DNA of 64,000 nt from Owenia fusiformis. Lineage: Eukaryota. The notes beneath the pieces are model-generated. The model worked only from the letters and a program-made list of their open reading frames with translations. It was not told the DNA's origin and ran no database searches. A program made the translations under genes and the position numbers. The stretch is from the NCBI GenBank assembly GCA_903813345.2, contig CAIIXF020000001.1:28582001-28646000 (forward strand), given 5' to 3'. This document shows positions 47,001 to 58,600 of this stretch, piece by piece (the first letter of the stretch is position 1; every line of letters starts with the position of its first letter).

Positions 47001-49072
47001 GTGTTTTTTCCAGAGTCTAATTTTACATTTTTGTCACATTATTTGCGGTAAAACTCTTGAGAAAATACATAAAACTGGATACAAACAAGTAATAGGAAGT
47101 CAAAAACATTTTACAAATAAATATTGGGATTAATGTAGCAAGATAATCTTAAAAAGTTTTTTGAAAAGTATACTAATAGGATATCTCTGAGTCTGATCTC
47201 ACATGGGGGAGATGTAGTCGCGATACCGCAAAAAAAGAAGTCACAATACCGCTAAAAATCCAGGTTCTGAAAATTTCCTGGTGAGAACCCTGTAGCAGGT
47301 GTTCACATTCAAAGGTATTTCTTAATTTATGAGTCAATCAGAGATTTATTTATACCAAGAAAAATGTTCACATGTTGATTTGCATTCAAATAAATCTGAA
47401 GTATATTTATACTTTATCTTATCTTTAAATACATCTTTTATAAACTTACAAGCTTCTCTGATGGGGAATCTTTAGCAGGTTTCTTTGAGCCTTCATTTTC
47501 ATCATCTCCCTCATCAACAGACATGTCAGAATCCTCACCATCTGCATCATCCCCACTCTCTCCATCTTCACTCTCCTCCTCTCCATCATCACTTACTGTC
47601 TCTTCTTTCTCATCTTCAACATCATCAGAGTCTTGGTCAGTTATCAACAAAGCTGTGAGGCCATTGGTCAATTTGATGCTTCTGAAATTAGAAAATAAAT
47701 GAAATTTTTGAATCAGAGTGAACCCTGAACATATTCAGCACAGGAAAACAAGAGATTTCCAGATATGCATGTATGTAATGGGAGATCAAATTATTTCTTT
47801 AGATTTTGTAGGTTATATAGTGCCACCAAACATCTAGTCTACCTCTGCTACCTGCTGGTCTATTATTATCAAGTTATTCGCACTCATAAATGCTCTTAAC
47901 AAATCTGGCTTTGTTTCTATATTCAAATTGCTAAGAAACTGAACTCTCTACCTCAAGACAGATATCAAATCATTTAAAGTCTTGAAAGGCAGAGGTTCGC
48001 TTAGTTCAACGTCGTTAAACTCAATAACGGCGTTCTTTATTATTAGGAATTTTCTTGGGGCCATTATTGAGTTTAACCTCCTTACTATTCTTTCCTTTGA
48101 TGCAAGTTCTGAATCCATCGAAACCATTTTTCCGCGATAACGTGCAACTGATACTTGACAATAATATAAAGTGACATTTCCGCATGTCCGTCATTGTGTC
48201 TGTTCGTCTGAGTGTCCCGGATCGTAAAATTAAACTACCAGCGAAACGAAATTGTTGTCAAATAGATTGATAATTATTATCGCGATTACTCGGGATAAAA
48301 AGATCAATTTTGAGGATAACAGGTATCTTTGATTAATTTATATAGCACGTATATACACGCAAAATAGTTATTAATTGCAAACCAACTGTTCGTTAATGCA
48401 GTGCCGTGATGACGGTTAATTCCTGAAACGATTTGCAATTTCGATGTTACCGAAACTGACCGACATTTTCGTCATATTCCAAACCTGTCTCCAATATTTT
48501 CGTAATTATGCATCAATAGGGTCTAAGGGGGATACGGGACGGGGTGTATGTGTTTATAAGGTATGTATGCATGCTTGAATCACATTCTTTGTGTAATATT
48601 GCCATGTTTTCAGGGTTCAATTAGTTCCGCTTGTCTAAACCTGCTGAACGATTAAATTAACGCATCAAAGGCAAAATGGTCATGGAGGTTAGACCTAGCC
48701 GGGCCATAACACATGTCAGATAAGAAACGAGGCCCGGGCTAGGTCTAATGTTGTTGGACTAAGGTTCGCTAAAACCATGGACTTCTAGGAGCTAATTAGA
48801 ACTTCGATGATGGTGATATACATGTATGCATAATGACATTATTAAACTGAGTTGACGGGTTACAAAAATGCACTGCTTCGTGGCTTCTGTCTTTCCAGAA
48901 AGATTTCCAGTTTATAGAGCTCTAGACTCTAGTCTAGAGTCTAAAGTGTTTTACAATCAATCATGGTTGCATGTATCCAACAGCAGATAACCCAGACATA
49001 CCTGTATTTCCTCTTATCATTTACAGATTTGATAGGCTCTACTGGGACATCTGATGAGTCTGCCAAAGTCAT
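29061..49072 (-). CDS. NRDC: Nardilysin (N-arginine dibasic convertase, M16A insulinase-family zinc metallopeptidase), ~1066 aa, 29 coding exons
   Basis: Exons (5'->3' on -): 49072-49002, 47681-47450, 46707-46626, 46282-46182, 45331-45205, 44814-44719, 44445-44323, 43914-43857, 43749-43676, 43442-43373, 43059-42982, 42628-42508, 41929-41816, 40603-40499, 40108-39979, 39878-39846, 39740-39690, 39490-39444, 39162-39087, 38700-38565, 38367-38301, 37914-37787, 37521-37287, 31602-31459, 31173-31037, 30786-30696, 30280-30164, 29749-29654, 29321-29061. All GT-AG and in phase (3201 nt). Motifs: DKRKYR..KLTNGL, long Asp/Glu insert (distinguishes nardilysin from IDE), GLAHFLEHMVFMGSEKYP, GHEGKGS, LRTREQLGY. 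Confidence 0.95.
32764..34002 (+). mobile_element. Inner, younger HINE/Helentron-like element with ~150-bp internal tandem repeats
   Basis: Subterminal IR ATCCCATCGAAC (32798-32809) / GTTCGATGGGAT (33986-33997); (GGAC)n/(GTAC)n microsatellite 33881-33958; terminal hairpin ATCCCTCCGAAC-TTC-GTTCGATGGGAT. Confidence 0.8.
34094..34884 (+). pseudogene. Intronless short-chain dehydrogenase/reductase (classical, FabG-like SDR) copy with a frameshifting deletion
   Basis: ORF 34094-34609 has TGSNRGIG, GDV, NNVG, NVSS and YSIAK. The C-terminal half (DAVCPGWVKT...YLASDDASMMNGACIVQDGG) continues in the -1 frame to 34884. The usual A..GIRV segment is missing at ~34606. Antisense within nardilysin intron 23. 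Confidence 0.85.
35297..36027. mobile_element. Palindromic TTAA-flanked MITE (Kolobok-like)
   Basis: TTAA at 35293-35296 and 36028-36031. Long imperfect arms, e.g. GACAGTCATATGTTGGATTTTGGCT vs AGCCAAAATCCAACATATGACTGTC. Confidence 0.85.
36540..36801 (+). repeat. Direct duplication of ~92 bp
   Basis: CTTGTAATATA.AAATACACTGCCCCACATG...AATTCAGACTGACA at 36540-36631 and 36710-36801. Confidence 0.85.
37945..38130. mobile_element. pogo/Tigger-like MITE
   Basis: TACAGTAAACCT ... AGGTTTTACTGT with GAACAC repeats. Confidence 0.6.
38836..39063. mobile_element. pogo/Tigger-like MITE
   Basis: TACAGTAAAACCT ... AAGTTTCACTGTA with GTTCCACT repeats. Confidence 0.6.
40925..41702. mobile_element. TTAA-flanked element (Kolobok-like)
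   Basis: TTAAAGTG...CACTTTAA ends; internal IR CATGACGTCACGATCAGAAC (41068) vs GTTCTGATCGTGATGTCATG (41525). Confidence 0.6.
42089..42425. mobile_element. MITE with TACTGTA...TACAGTA termini
   Basis: TACTGTAGATACACTTAATTT vs AAAATAAGTATATGTACAGTA; internal CGCCAAATTAAA repeats. Confidence 0.65.
45451..46061. mobile_element. hAT-like element, left end degraded
   Basis: Right end GTGAGAGCCCTA preceded by AACCG repeats; left side carries complementary TTCGGTT repeats. Confidence 0.55.
46733..46849. repeat. 31-bp tandem repeat (~3.8 copies) spanning a MITE terminus
   Basis: ACTATAAATACATGTACAGTAAAATCTACTA repeated; the last copy runs into TACAGTAAAACCT. Confidence 0.9.
46901..47292. mobile_element. 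CAGGG-terminated MITE with 5-bp TSD (hAT5-like), nested in a pogo-like MITE
   Basis: TIR CAGGGTTCTCACTAGG / CCTGGTGAGAACCCTG; TAGCA at 46896-46900 and 47293-47297. Confidence 0.8.
48002..48761. mobile_element. 760-bp element, TAG termini, 9-bp TSD (AcademH-like), each end forming its own hairpin
   Basis: TAGTTCAAC...GTTGGACTA; AGGTTCGCT at 47993-48001 and 48762-48770. Confidence 0.85.
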
Positions 49073-49335
49073 GATGTTCAACTTCAAGGTGGGAAATTTT
49101 TGATTTTGATTTTCCAAACTTTTCACCGGCTTTACTATTCTTGTTTTCCAGTGAATAGGTCTGTTCAGAGATACCTGATAGTTTAACAATTGAAGAAGTG
49201 TACCTTTGCTCTCTGTTGGAACTGATATATGTTCGATAAAGTAAAGCTTAGACTTCAACTTTGTAAAAAATGTTAAAAAGGTCTTCAGCGTGTGAAATAT
49301 TTTGAAGTTCAGCCGAAGCTTTCAGAACGTCAGCA

Positions 49336-49481
49336 CTGATTGGTGTACTTGTAAGCACATTGAATATTTTGACCAATCAAACTCAGTGTTACAAAGGTAC
49401 TCAAAGTTCTGACCTGCCACCTATCGTGTGTTGTCACTTCTTAAAATATACGAGAACTCGGAAGTACGTCAATTTACGTCA
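49336..49481. promoter_or_regulatory. Probable bidirectional promoter between nardilysin and the + strand gene
   Basis: Opposed CCAAT boxes (ATTGG 49339-49343, CCAAT 49373-49377); ETS site CGGAAGT 49459-49465 abutting ACGTCA, with a second TACGTCA at 49475-49481; splice donor AAG/GTGAGT at 49588/49589 on +. Confidence 0.6.
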
Positions 49482-50143
49482 ACTTTGAGTGTTTTCGTGG
49501 TGATCCTGACATTATGTATCATTATCATGAAGTACAGTATGACGGACTAATTATTGATGTCAAATTGCGAGCCATTTGAACTAAAAAGGTGAGTAGATTC
49601 TCGTTCTAAAATTTATTTTCATAACTTTTTGTCATTTTTATGATTTTATTTTGAAATGAATGATTTGGGCAAGGCAAGCCCAAATCAGATCATATTGATA
49701 AGTTTATAAGTTAGGAAGAAGAATAACTAAATTGCAATTGACTATGGGATTTGTGGAAAGATTCTGCTCATTGATTGAGTCTCTTCACATAGGGTGATAC
49801 TATTGAGCCATCAACTCGATTCGGGCCATCAACTCAAAATTTCCAGAAATTACCGACGGTTGTGATTGGTCAATGTGCAAATTGCCGTGATTTGATTGGC
49901 TAATAAACTGACTGACTGTAATATTTGATTTGATAATTGAGTTGCCGGTTATGAAAAACTGACTTGGTGGGTACGAAAAACTGAGTTGATGGGTAACAGA
50001 AAATGAAATGATGGCGCTCAAACCGAGATGATGGGTACCAGGGAATGAGAGAACAGGGACCAAATACATTTAAAATTTTGTTGGTAGAGGCACCAAGAAA
50101 TTCCAAAATTAAACCTTAGGAAATCACATCCTCTTTTTGTGAC

Positions 50144-50538
50144 TAGAGTCCATTTCACTGCTTCAGTTCGTCAGTAGAACGGCAAAAATAAGAAATTGGG
50201 AGACCATTGTGCAATAATATATGGAAAAGTATATTCATAATGTACATGAATGACATTTGTATATCTTGGATTGCTTCTAGTTTGGCTTATAAAGTGTGTG
50301 GCCTCTTATATTTGGATGTTTCTCTGCCATGTTATTTTCAATAAGATTAACATGGCTGAAATTCTTCAAATTACAAGACGACACAGGCTTATTGCACAAA
50401 AAACTAAAAAATCTGAAATATACAAATGTCATTCATGTACATTATGAATATACTTTTCCATATATTATTGCACAATGGTCTCCCAATTTCTTATTTTTGC
50501 CGTTCTACTGACGAACTGAAGCAGTGAAATGGACTCTA
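50144..50538. mobile_element. MITE with 121-bp perfect TIRs and 5-bp TSD
   Basis: TAGAGTCCATTTCACTGC...CATTTGTATAT (50144-50264) is exactly inverted at 50418-50538. GTGAC at 50139-50143 and 50539-50543. Confidence 0.9.
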
Positions 50539-50628
50539 GTGACCTGTCCTGGGTGACCTCCCCATTCATGTACCCATCTCAATTTACGTTAGCCCATTTT
50601 ATGCAAGTAAGTAACTGAACCAATAACA

Positions 50629-51571
50629 CTAGAGTTGCATTGAAGATGTGATGTCCCGGGATAATATTTTATTGAGCGTTTTCACGTCACCTAACCATGA
50701 GTCGCCAAGGGTCACAGTAGCCTTCCATTGCCTTCCAGCACCAAATACTTTAGGCTTAGATATTGACCTTTGACCTTGACCTGATTGAAATCACTGCTCA
50801 CTATACTTTTCAAGCTATACAAAGTCTGAGACAGGGTAATTTTTAACATTTGATTTTGATACCATCACTTGGTACTGGGGAACAAGCAAACCAAACAACA
50901 ACAAAAAAGAAAAAAAGCTTCTCTGAACATTTTATGTATTTCTAAATATCAATTTTTTTATTTATCAAAATTGTTTCAATTGCCGATAATGTCCTGTCAA
51001 CAATAGCAATTTGTAAAAATGTAACCGATTGATTTTTAGAAATAAATGTGAAGTATGTAAAAAAAAAACTTTGACCTTGACCAATATAATGTTTACCTTG
51101 ACCACAAGTCACCTAATCATGGGTCGCCAAGGGTCACAGCAGCCCCCGGGGTTTTAAAACACCAAATACCTAATTATTGACCTTTGACCTAGGAATGACC
51201 TTGACCTAAGGTTACCTGATTATGGGCCGCCAAAAGTCACAACAGCCCCCATATGCATCAAAATGCCAAATACCAAAATATTTACCTTTGACCTTGGAAT
51301 GAACTTGATCCATAAAGTTGATCTTGACCTCAGGTCGCCCAATCATGGGTTGTCAAGGGTCACAACATAGACCAAGGGTTTTAAAGCCAAATACCTAGAT
51401 ATTGACGTTTTACCTTGGCATGACCTTGACCTCTGACCTGGCTTCATAGAAGGCCCACCAACCTACTAAGTATGTTGACCAAGTATGAGAGCCCAAGGTC
51501 AACGGTCTAGGAGGAAATGTCTGGACAGACACAGAATAACAGACAGACCACAGTGCTTTATAGTAAGAAGA
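50629..51571 (-). mobile_element. Non-autonomous Helitron-like element with internal TGACCTT repeats
   Basis: On the - strand it begins TCTTCTTACTATAAAG, followed by a GTCT microsatellite, and ends CTAG(T). Internal ~100-120-bp repeats (CATGGGTCGCCAAGGGTCACA...TTGACCTTTGACCT). Confidence 0.7.
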
Positions 51572-52667
51572 CAAATATTGTAAACCAAAAGAAATCAGTG
51601 CATAATATATATTTTAGACATACAGTTTATGTTTAGCTACTTGCAATAAAACTGCATATTTGGCCTGCTGTATTTCTTGATTTGTGTGAACACAGTACAG
51701 TCGAGCGACTGTGCATATGTGGTGTCCATATTGTTTCGGTTCAATAAATTGGCTGACTCACAAATAAACAGGAACAAGGTCACGAAAAAAAGATAAACTA
51801 TTTAAAATGTTATACAAACTGAATTTTTAAGAATGCAGATTCTTTCAAAAGTGAAAGTGTGGGTGAAATATCATGATTAAATAGATTGACACCATATTGC
51901 CCAATTGGGTACTTCAAAAAGAGTATTTCTAAAAGAGTAATAACAGACAGTGAACTCAGCCTTTAAATGGTAAATAAAAAGCCTTTGGTATTTGTTATTC
52001 AAATAACCCAATACAATGTGCTTAATTCAAAAAGCTAACATTCATTTCTATTCAAATATTTTCATCATGGTTTTATGAATTTAATGTTGACTGGCAAGTC
52101 GTGAATTTTATTTCATTCATCCTGTAAGTATATCATGATCCTTTTTTAATCCCACACCCGGACATGATGTTTGTTTTTGTCAATGTGACCCAGTCTATAA
52201 GTCATATGTATGTTCATTCATCTGTTTCAACATGAAAGTTAATGTCTTAACTTTTTGGCAAAGCAAAACGTTGCATTATGAATTGCAAATTATTTGACCT
52301 AATGCCAAATTAAATTTACTCATTCCTAAGGCGATCAGTATATAACTCAAGCAGTATTGAATTTAAAAGTAGTACTTGATGAAACAATTAGAACTGTGAA
52401 CCATCATTGATAGTGGTATTTACGATTTAGTTTTAACAAGGAACACCATTAGAATAAGGCATGAGTCAACAGCGCCTACCTTTTTATTATGAATGGCTTC
52501 ATGTAAATTAAGACATTTAATCTTTCTTTTTTTGTATTTGAAATTATTTTTACTTCTCTGATGTCATTCCAGGAGGTGAAAAGATGTGATCACGACCACA
52601 GACCTTGGAAGTATGATATATCACTAGGATTAACCTAACCTCAAGGAGGAAGTAAAAGTCCAATATA

Positions 52668-55600
52668 ATGGCAGATGATAAAGTTGTCCCACCGTCCATG
52701 TGGAAGAATAAATTTCTACAAGCAGATGCAGCGAAACAGAACTCAGGAACTAACAATAATACCTCAAAATCATCAATTACTGCTTTACAGAACAAGTTTG
52801 GAGCTCCCCAACCATCCAAACCTTCTTCAAGCACAAGTTCAGGGAAACAATCCTTAAGCGCAAGTACAGGGCAACAATCCTTAAATACAAGTTCAGGGAA
52901 GGTTAACGCATCATGGATAAAAACAAACTCAAATACTGAAAATGTAAGTTCAGCGAGTAGCTCTAAAGTCAATTTTGGAACAAGACCTGCTTTGGGAGTT
53001 AAACCTTCTATTGGTAACAAGCCACCTGTTGTTACAAAAGATGAAACATCTGAGAAACCTTCTTGGATGAAAAATTTAAAAAGTTCATCAAGTTCCAATC
53101 TTATATCAGCTAATTCTGCCTCAAAAACTGACTGTGAGAAACCAGTGCCTGACCCACCTTGGAAAAAGAATTTATTAAAAAACAATGAAGATAAAATTTT
53201 TAAAAGACAATCAAGTCCCAGTCTTATTCCAGCCAGTAAGCCAGTAGCTGACCCACCTTGGAAAAAGAATATATTGAAAAACAATGAAGAGAAAAGTGAG
53301 TCAAGGGCAAAACCTAATAATGAGGGTATGGTCGTCCCTAGTCAAGAAACAAATCAAAATAACAAGGCACCTTGGGTCAAATCAAAGCCCTCTCTTGCTG
53401 CAGATAAGCCAGTAGCTCCAAATAAACCAACTATTCAACAGAATGTGAACTCAAAGATTACAGATGGAAAACATAATATTTCAGTTGAAACATCTACAAA
53501 GACAGAAACTCAGAAGCCTTCTTGGATGAAACCTAAGGAGAGCATTGTTGATTGTAAAAAATCTCCTACTCCTGCCAAACGTAACTTAAAGAACCAAACT
53601 CCTAAATCTCAGTCCTCTTCTTCTGTTGGTGATCTCCCAAAGACAACTAGCTCTATAAATTCTCAGTCTAAACCAAGTATTGCTCAGAAACCCTCTATTG
53701 ACAGTACAGTACCGCCAAATAATGGAGAAAAGGCATTTGGAGTAAAGTTAAGACCATCTGGGAATGCTAAGCAGCAGCCGCAGTTACATGATAAACATAC
53801 ACATTCTAGTCCAACACATAAATCTGGTCCAGAAACAACCATGTCACAAATTGATAATCAACCTAAACCCATAGCTAAACCCAGGTATTCTGGTCCTGTG
53901 GAACCATGCACAGACAAATCAAAAGGATGGGATCAAAACACGTCTACCCTTGCCCGAGTTGGATTCAAACTGTCTGATATTAAAAATGTATTAGAAATAT
54001 CTGATATAAAGGGTGGCCCATTAGGGGAAAAAGTAGGGTTGAAAAAGAAGGCCAGTTTTAAAACTAAGCGACCTATGATTGTGCCAAGAGTAAAGAAGGC
54101 TGTCAGCAAGGAACACTCTGCTGATGATAGGAATAAAATGGATGATGTTGTTGCTGAAGATAGTGAAGGTAAATATAATTTTGGTTTTGAATTTTTAACT
54201 TTCATTTTCAACTTCCTCACATTGAACAGGATCTAAAGTTAGGTGTGTTCATACTCATTAGACAGAACTGAGCGGGTTTGATCCCATAAAAGTGTTTGTC
54301 TTGCTCAATATTCCATGTGAACTGCTTTCACTCTGTCAGACTGAGTATATTATGTTACAGATGATGAGGAATATGAGGATGTCCTCGTCCCAGCACAAGC
54401 AAGTGAGAAGGTGGACCAATCTGAAGATGAAGGCTGGACTGATGGGGAATCATCCCCTCAAGCTCCTCCTAGACCCTTGCAAAAACTCAAGTATGTGTTG
54501 TTCAGAAACAATCATCTATACAAGCCCTTAACTGCAATAACCCTATCCACACACATAGCCAAGGTAGTCTTCGTCCAATCAAGACCTTCTTAGCATTGAT
54601 TACTTTGTTGTTGGATACCTAAATCATACAACATTAACTTGAACATGGACCCTTCTTGCAGTCAACGCAATCATGTTACTTTTACTTTCAAAAATCACTT
54701 TTTAGCCATGATTTGCTTGAAATAGTATATTACAAGTAGTTTAGTATAGTATATAATACAAGTAATTAAGTATAGGTAACCAATAATCTAGTCCAGACAC
54801 ATTATCAAAAAATGAGGGTTCAACATGTGAGCTCAGTACCCATGGCACTATTCATTTTTTGTCAGGCATTTGGCACTGTGTCTTTAACTTCTTCAATACC
54901 AGACAGTTTTTCATTTTTTACGTGCTTTTGCCATATTTCTATCTTATAATATATAACGTTCCATGCCCATTTTATGTCAACACCAAAAAAGTGACATATT
55001 GTTATGGTCTCCATTTTTGTGATGGTATTGTTCATTTGTAACAAATTGCAGTTTGTGACATTTTGCATGTTAATGCCTTGTTATGATATTACTAAAAAAA
55101 CACAATATTTGGCAACTGTGACATTGCATAAAACGCACAACGGATGACTGAGTTATTAAGATTTGTTTGGGTTACCTTTTTTTGGCTCACCCTGTACATG
55201 TACATAGTAGCTGGGACAGAACACTTGGTATTCAAGGGGTTAATGTCACAATGACCTGATGTTCTCATTAGATCAATATTTACAAACTGTCTCTTTTAAT
55301 ATTTGTATTTACTTAATTTATGAAATATTACATTTGGCCAAGCTCGAGCATTTAAAATACTTCCATGTGAAATATCACTGTACATGAGATGAATAAATCA
55401 TGCCTAAAGAAATGAACTGTTAACCAAGTATTTTTATATGCGGAAGATTGCGCTTAATTTCTAGACTTCTAATGCTCTGTTGAATTCTTCATAATTAAAC
55501 CATAATTTTGTTCCGCTTTAATATGATCAAAAAGAGTTGCCGAGACAGACTATTAATCTTGTGTGTACTAGACCGAAGGTATGACTTTGCATGATGTGAT

Positions 55601-58600
55601 GTCTGACTTACCAATGTTAGATATGCAGTTTAATTAAAACTGATTAGCAACAACAGCTAGAGGGCTTGTTACTTGAGAATACCAAATAAGAATACCAGAT
55701 GCAATACAGTGTCCTTTTTGACCTTTTATAAAATTGATATTTTTTATTTTATATTGATATTAATTCATCAATTCAGCAGTTGGTTAATAGTACAAAACAT
55801 ACATTATTCTAACCTATACTAAACCAGGTCTTGAAATCCCTGATTATTTACAATTTGTTTATTTTATTTCTATGAATTAGTAATACATGTATTACTTAGT
55901 GTAAAGGTATGCAATATTGCAGGAAATATCAATAGTATAACCATCTTCATGTTAATATTGTTTGTAAGTAAGATAGGTTATCTTTATCACTGCTAGCCAC
56001 CCTTTCTATTTATAAACTTCATTCTTTTGTGTACATACCAAGGATAAATATATTTACTGATAAAATTAGGTAAACAAATAAGACCAAAGTCCTAATTTTA
56101 AAAATCAATAAAACACAAGAAGACTGTATTCTGCCAACAGAAAAGAAGTGTGTCATATATTTAACACAATATTTCAATCATTACAATCAATGCCCCACTC
56201 ATCTTCATTTACTCTGCTCTAGTCCGTCTGAATGCAGTGAAGACAAAGCGAACACAAGATATACCCCACAATCCTCACATATGCTTTTAAACTTCATCTG
56301 TTTTCCCCTCCCATTGGGCTAGTTAATGCATTAGATGCAAGTTGAAAGAATCTTGATTGTCATCTTTAATCTCTAATATAGTTTCAAAAATTGTTTTTCA
56401 ACTTTAAAATTATAATTTTTTATTTTTTTTAAACATTTTTGCATTATGATGATAATTTTCTTTAAAAATGTCATTTCTATGTTGGGTAGATTCTCCCTAG
56501 AGCCCATGTTACAAGATTTTGAAAATATATCTTCCTTAATGATAATCTAAATGTTCTACATTTCAATTTTAGGAGGAAATCCTCCAAGCAGAGGCACAGT
56601 GACAAGGCCTCCTCATCAAGGCGTGCAGGTACACCAAAGGCTAGGTTCCGCTCTAATCCTGAGCTCGCAAATAGGCCACAGAGTGATTTTGACAGTATTG
56701 ACTATGAGGATGTCACTTTCCTGGTAAGTGGCCTTCATATTTGTTAATTGTTGAGTCAACCCTACATCTATCCGGGAATTGCCTTGAAACTGCTTTCAAA
56801 ATAATACCCACACCAATTTAAATCTCTAGCCAAATAATGTGAATCTTTGGGACAAGTCATTTGAAGTGATCTGTAAACTACATTTTCATTGTTAAACTTA
56901 TTCATGATAATATCTGAATTTGGGTAGGTTTCCAATATACAGCATAGAATATAGGGATAAGCAGTATGATGTAGATTTTCTTTATCGATTTTGTGAAGCT
57001 ACAGCCGCTGTAGAGCAAATGTGACTTAGGCTTTAATCACAAACAAAAAAACTTGTTTGACCTAGTTTGAAAGTACAGAAGTTAAAATAGTTATTTTAAA
57101 ATGTAAATATTATTTAACAGCGCAAGGATGAACAAGAAGATCATTGGGAAACAGATGAAGACGATGGCTATGAAGAAATTCCCGATGAAGTTCAGACAAC
57201 TGTTGAGAAACCATCCATATTCAAGAAATCTCTCCCACCTATACCCACCTCTGCAAAAATAAAAGCCAAAATTAAAAAAGCAATTAAATCAACATTGTCC
57301 AGCTCAAAATCTGACTCAAATTTGAATAAACTGGGCACATCACACCCTGGTAAACCTAGTCGGTCAATACTTCATCATGCTGCTACAGAAAGTGCACTTT
57401 CTATACCAAAAACAAAATCACCATCTGATTCTCCTAAACTACCACCAAGAAAGGCTCACTCCCCCATGTCTACGCCTCCTCCAAGAAGGCCCCCTAGAAA
57501 GCAAGCCATCAGTGAAGGTGAGAAGGTTCCCATTGGTGCAATGGATGTTAACACGAGTGGAGCTGATATTTCCATAAAGGAAAAGAAGAAACAAAATGCG
57601 ATATCAGAAGTGAACATTACTGATGGAAGGTAGATAGCATACATCATATTTTATAATTTATTTTATTCTGATTTACAATTAAGGATTTTAGCAATGAGCT
57701 CAATGCTTTGTTTGTAAAATACATCACAAGTGGATTGCTCCTTCCTTAAAGCAAGACCGAAAGAAAGGAAGGAATGAACAAACCATGAGTAATACAGTAA
57801 ATTATATACCATTGTATTCTCAATATCACAAATGCCATAACCCAACACCTTGATACGAGACTTAAAAATAAAGTATTATGCAGTTTAGCCTGACCTTGAA
57901 GCTTTGTATTTGAAATATTATGTCACTCCAAATATGGAATGTTTTAAATAGAGCTAGCTGTCAATTAAATCTAGAAATGAGAATTCCTACTTGACCCTGA
58001 TTTGGAAGATTATTGGCATCATAGAATGAACTACAGTTACTGTGGATATTTTGAACGAATTAAAACCATAATTGAACATGTGATGAATACAATAATACAT
58101 TAATTGAAATGTAATTTAATTAAAGTTTCAATTTACATGTGTCCCCAAACAAGAACATTGCCAAACATATCTTTACATACTTGAAGTATAATAACTACAT
58201 GTAATATCAAAGTACTCTCTCTCTGAATGCAATTTACCCAGTGAAGCTGAACATACTATACTTTTCAGTAACCCTATAAGACAAGGACATATTGGTCCAG
58301 GATTGGAGAAATCTAAGGAGCAGAGAAAGCTTTCCAAGTCTATGGAAGGTCTCAATATGACAGATGGACAGGAGAGACCACCCCCACCCTTACCCAGGAG
58401 AGGTATGTTTTCAGAACTACTTTTTAGTTATTATTTGAAATGGAGAATACTGTTCAAGTTATATATAATGTTTTGAAATGCTGTCATTGACATGTCTCAA
58501 ATCGTAAGATTTCAGAATTTCAGAAATTGAATAGTGAAAATCTTAATGGTGTTTTATATTCATTATATGAGATGCAAATATTGTTAACAGTGATACTCTA

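Noticed and set aside
49793-50061. Element with CCATCAACTC / GAGTTGATGG repeats
   Set aside because: Probably a transposon remnant, but I could not define termini or a TSD.
52550-53284. 244-aa antisense ORF
   Set aside because: Shadow of the low-complexity 522-codon sense exon.
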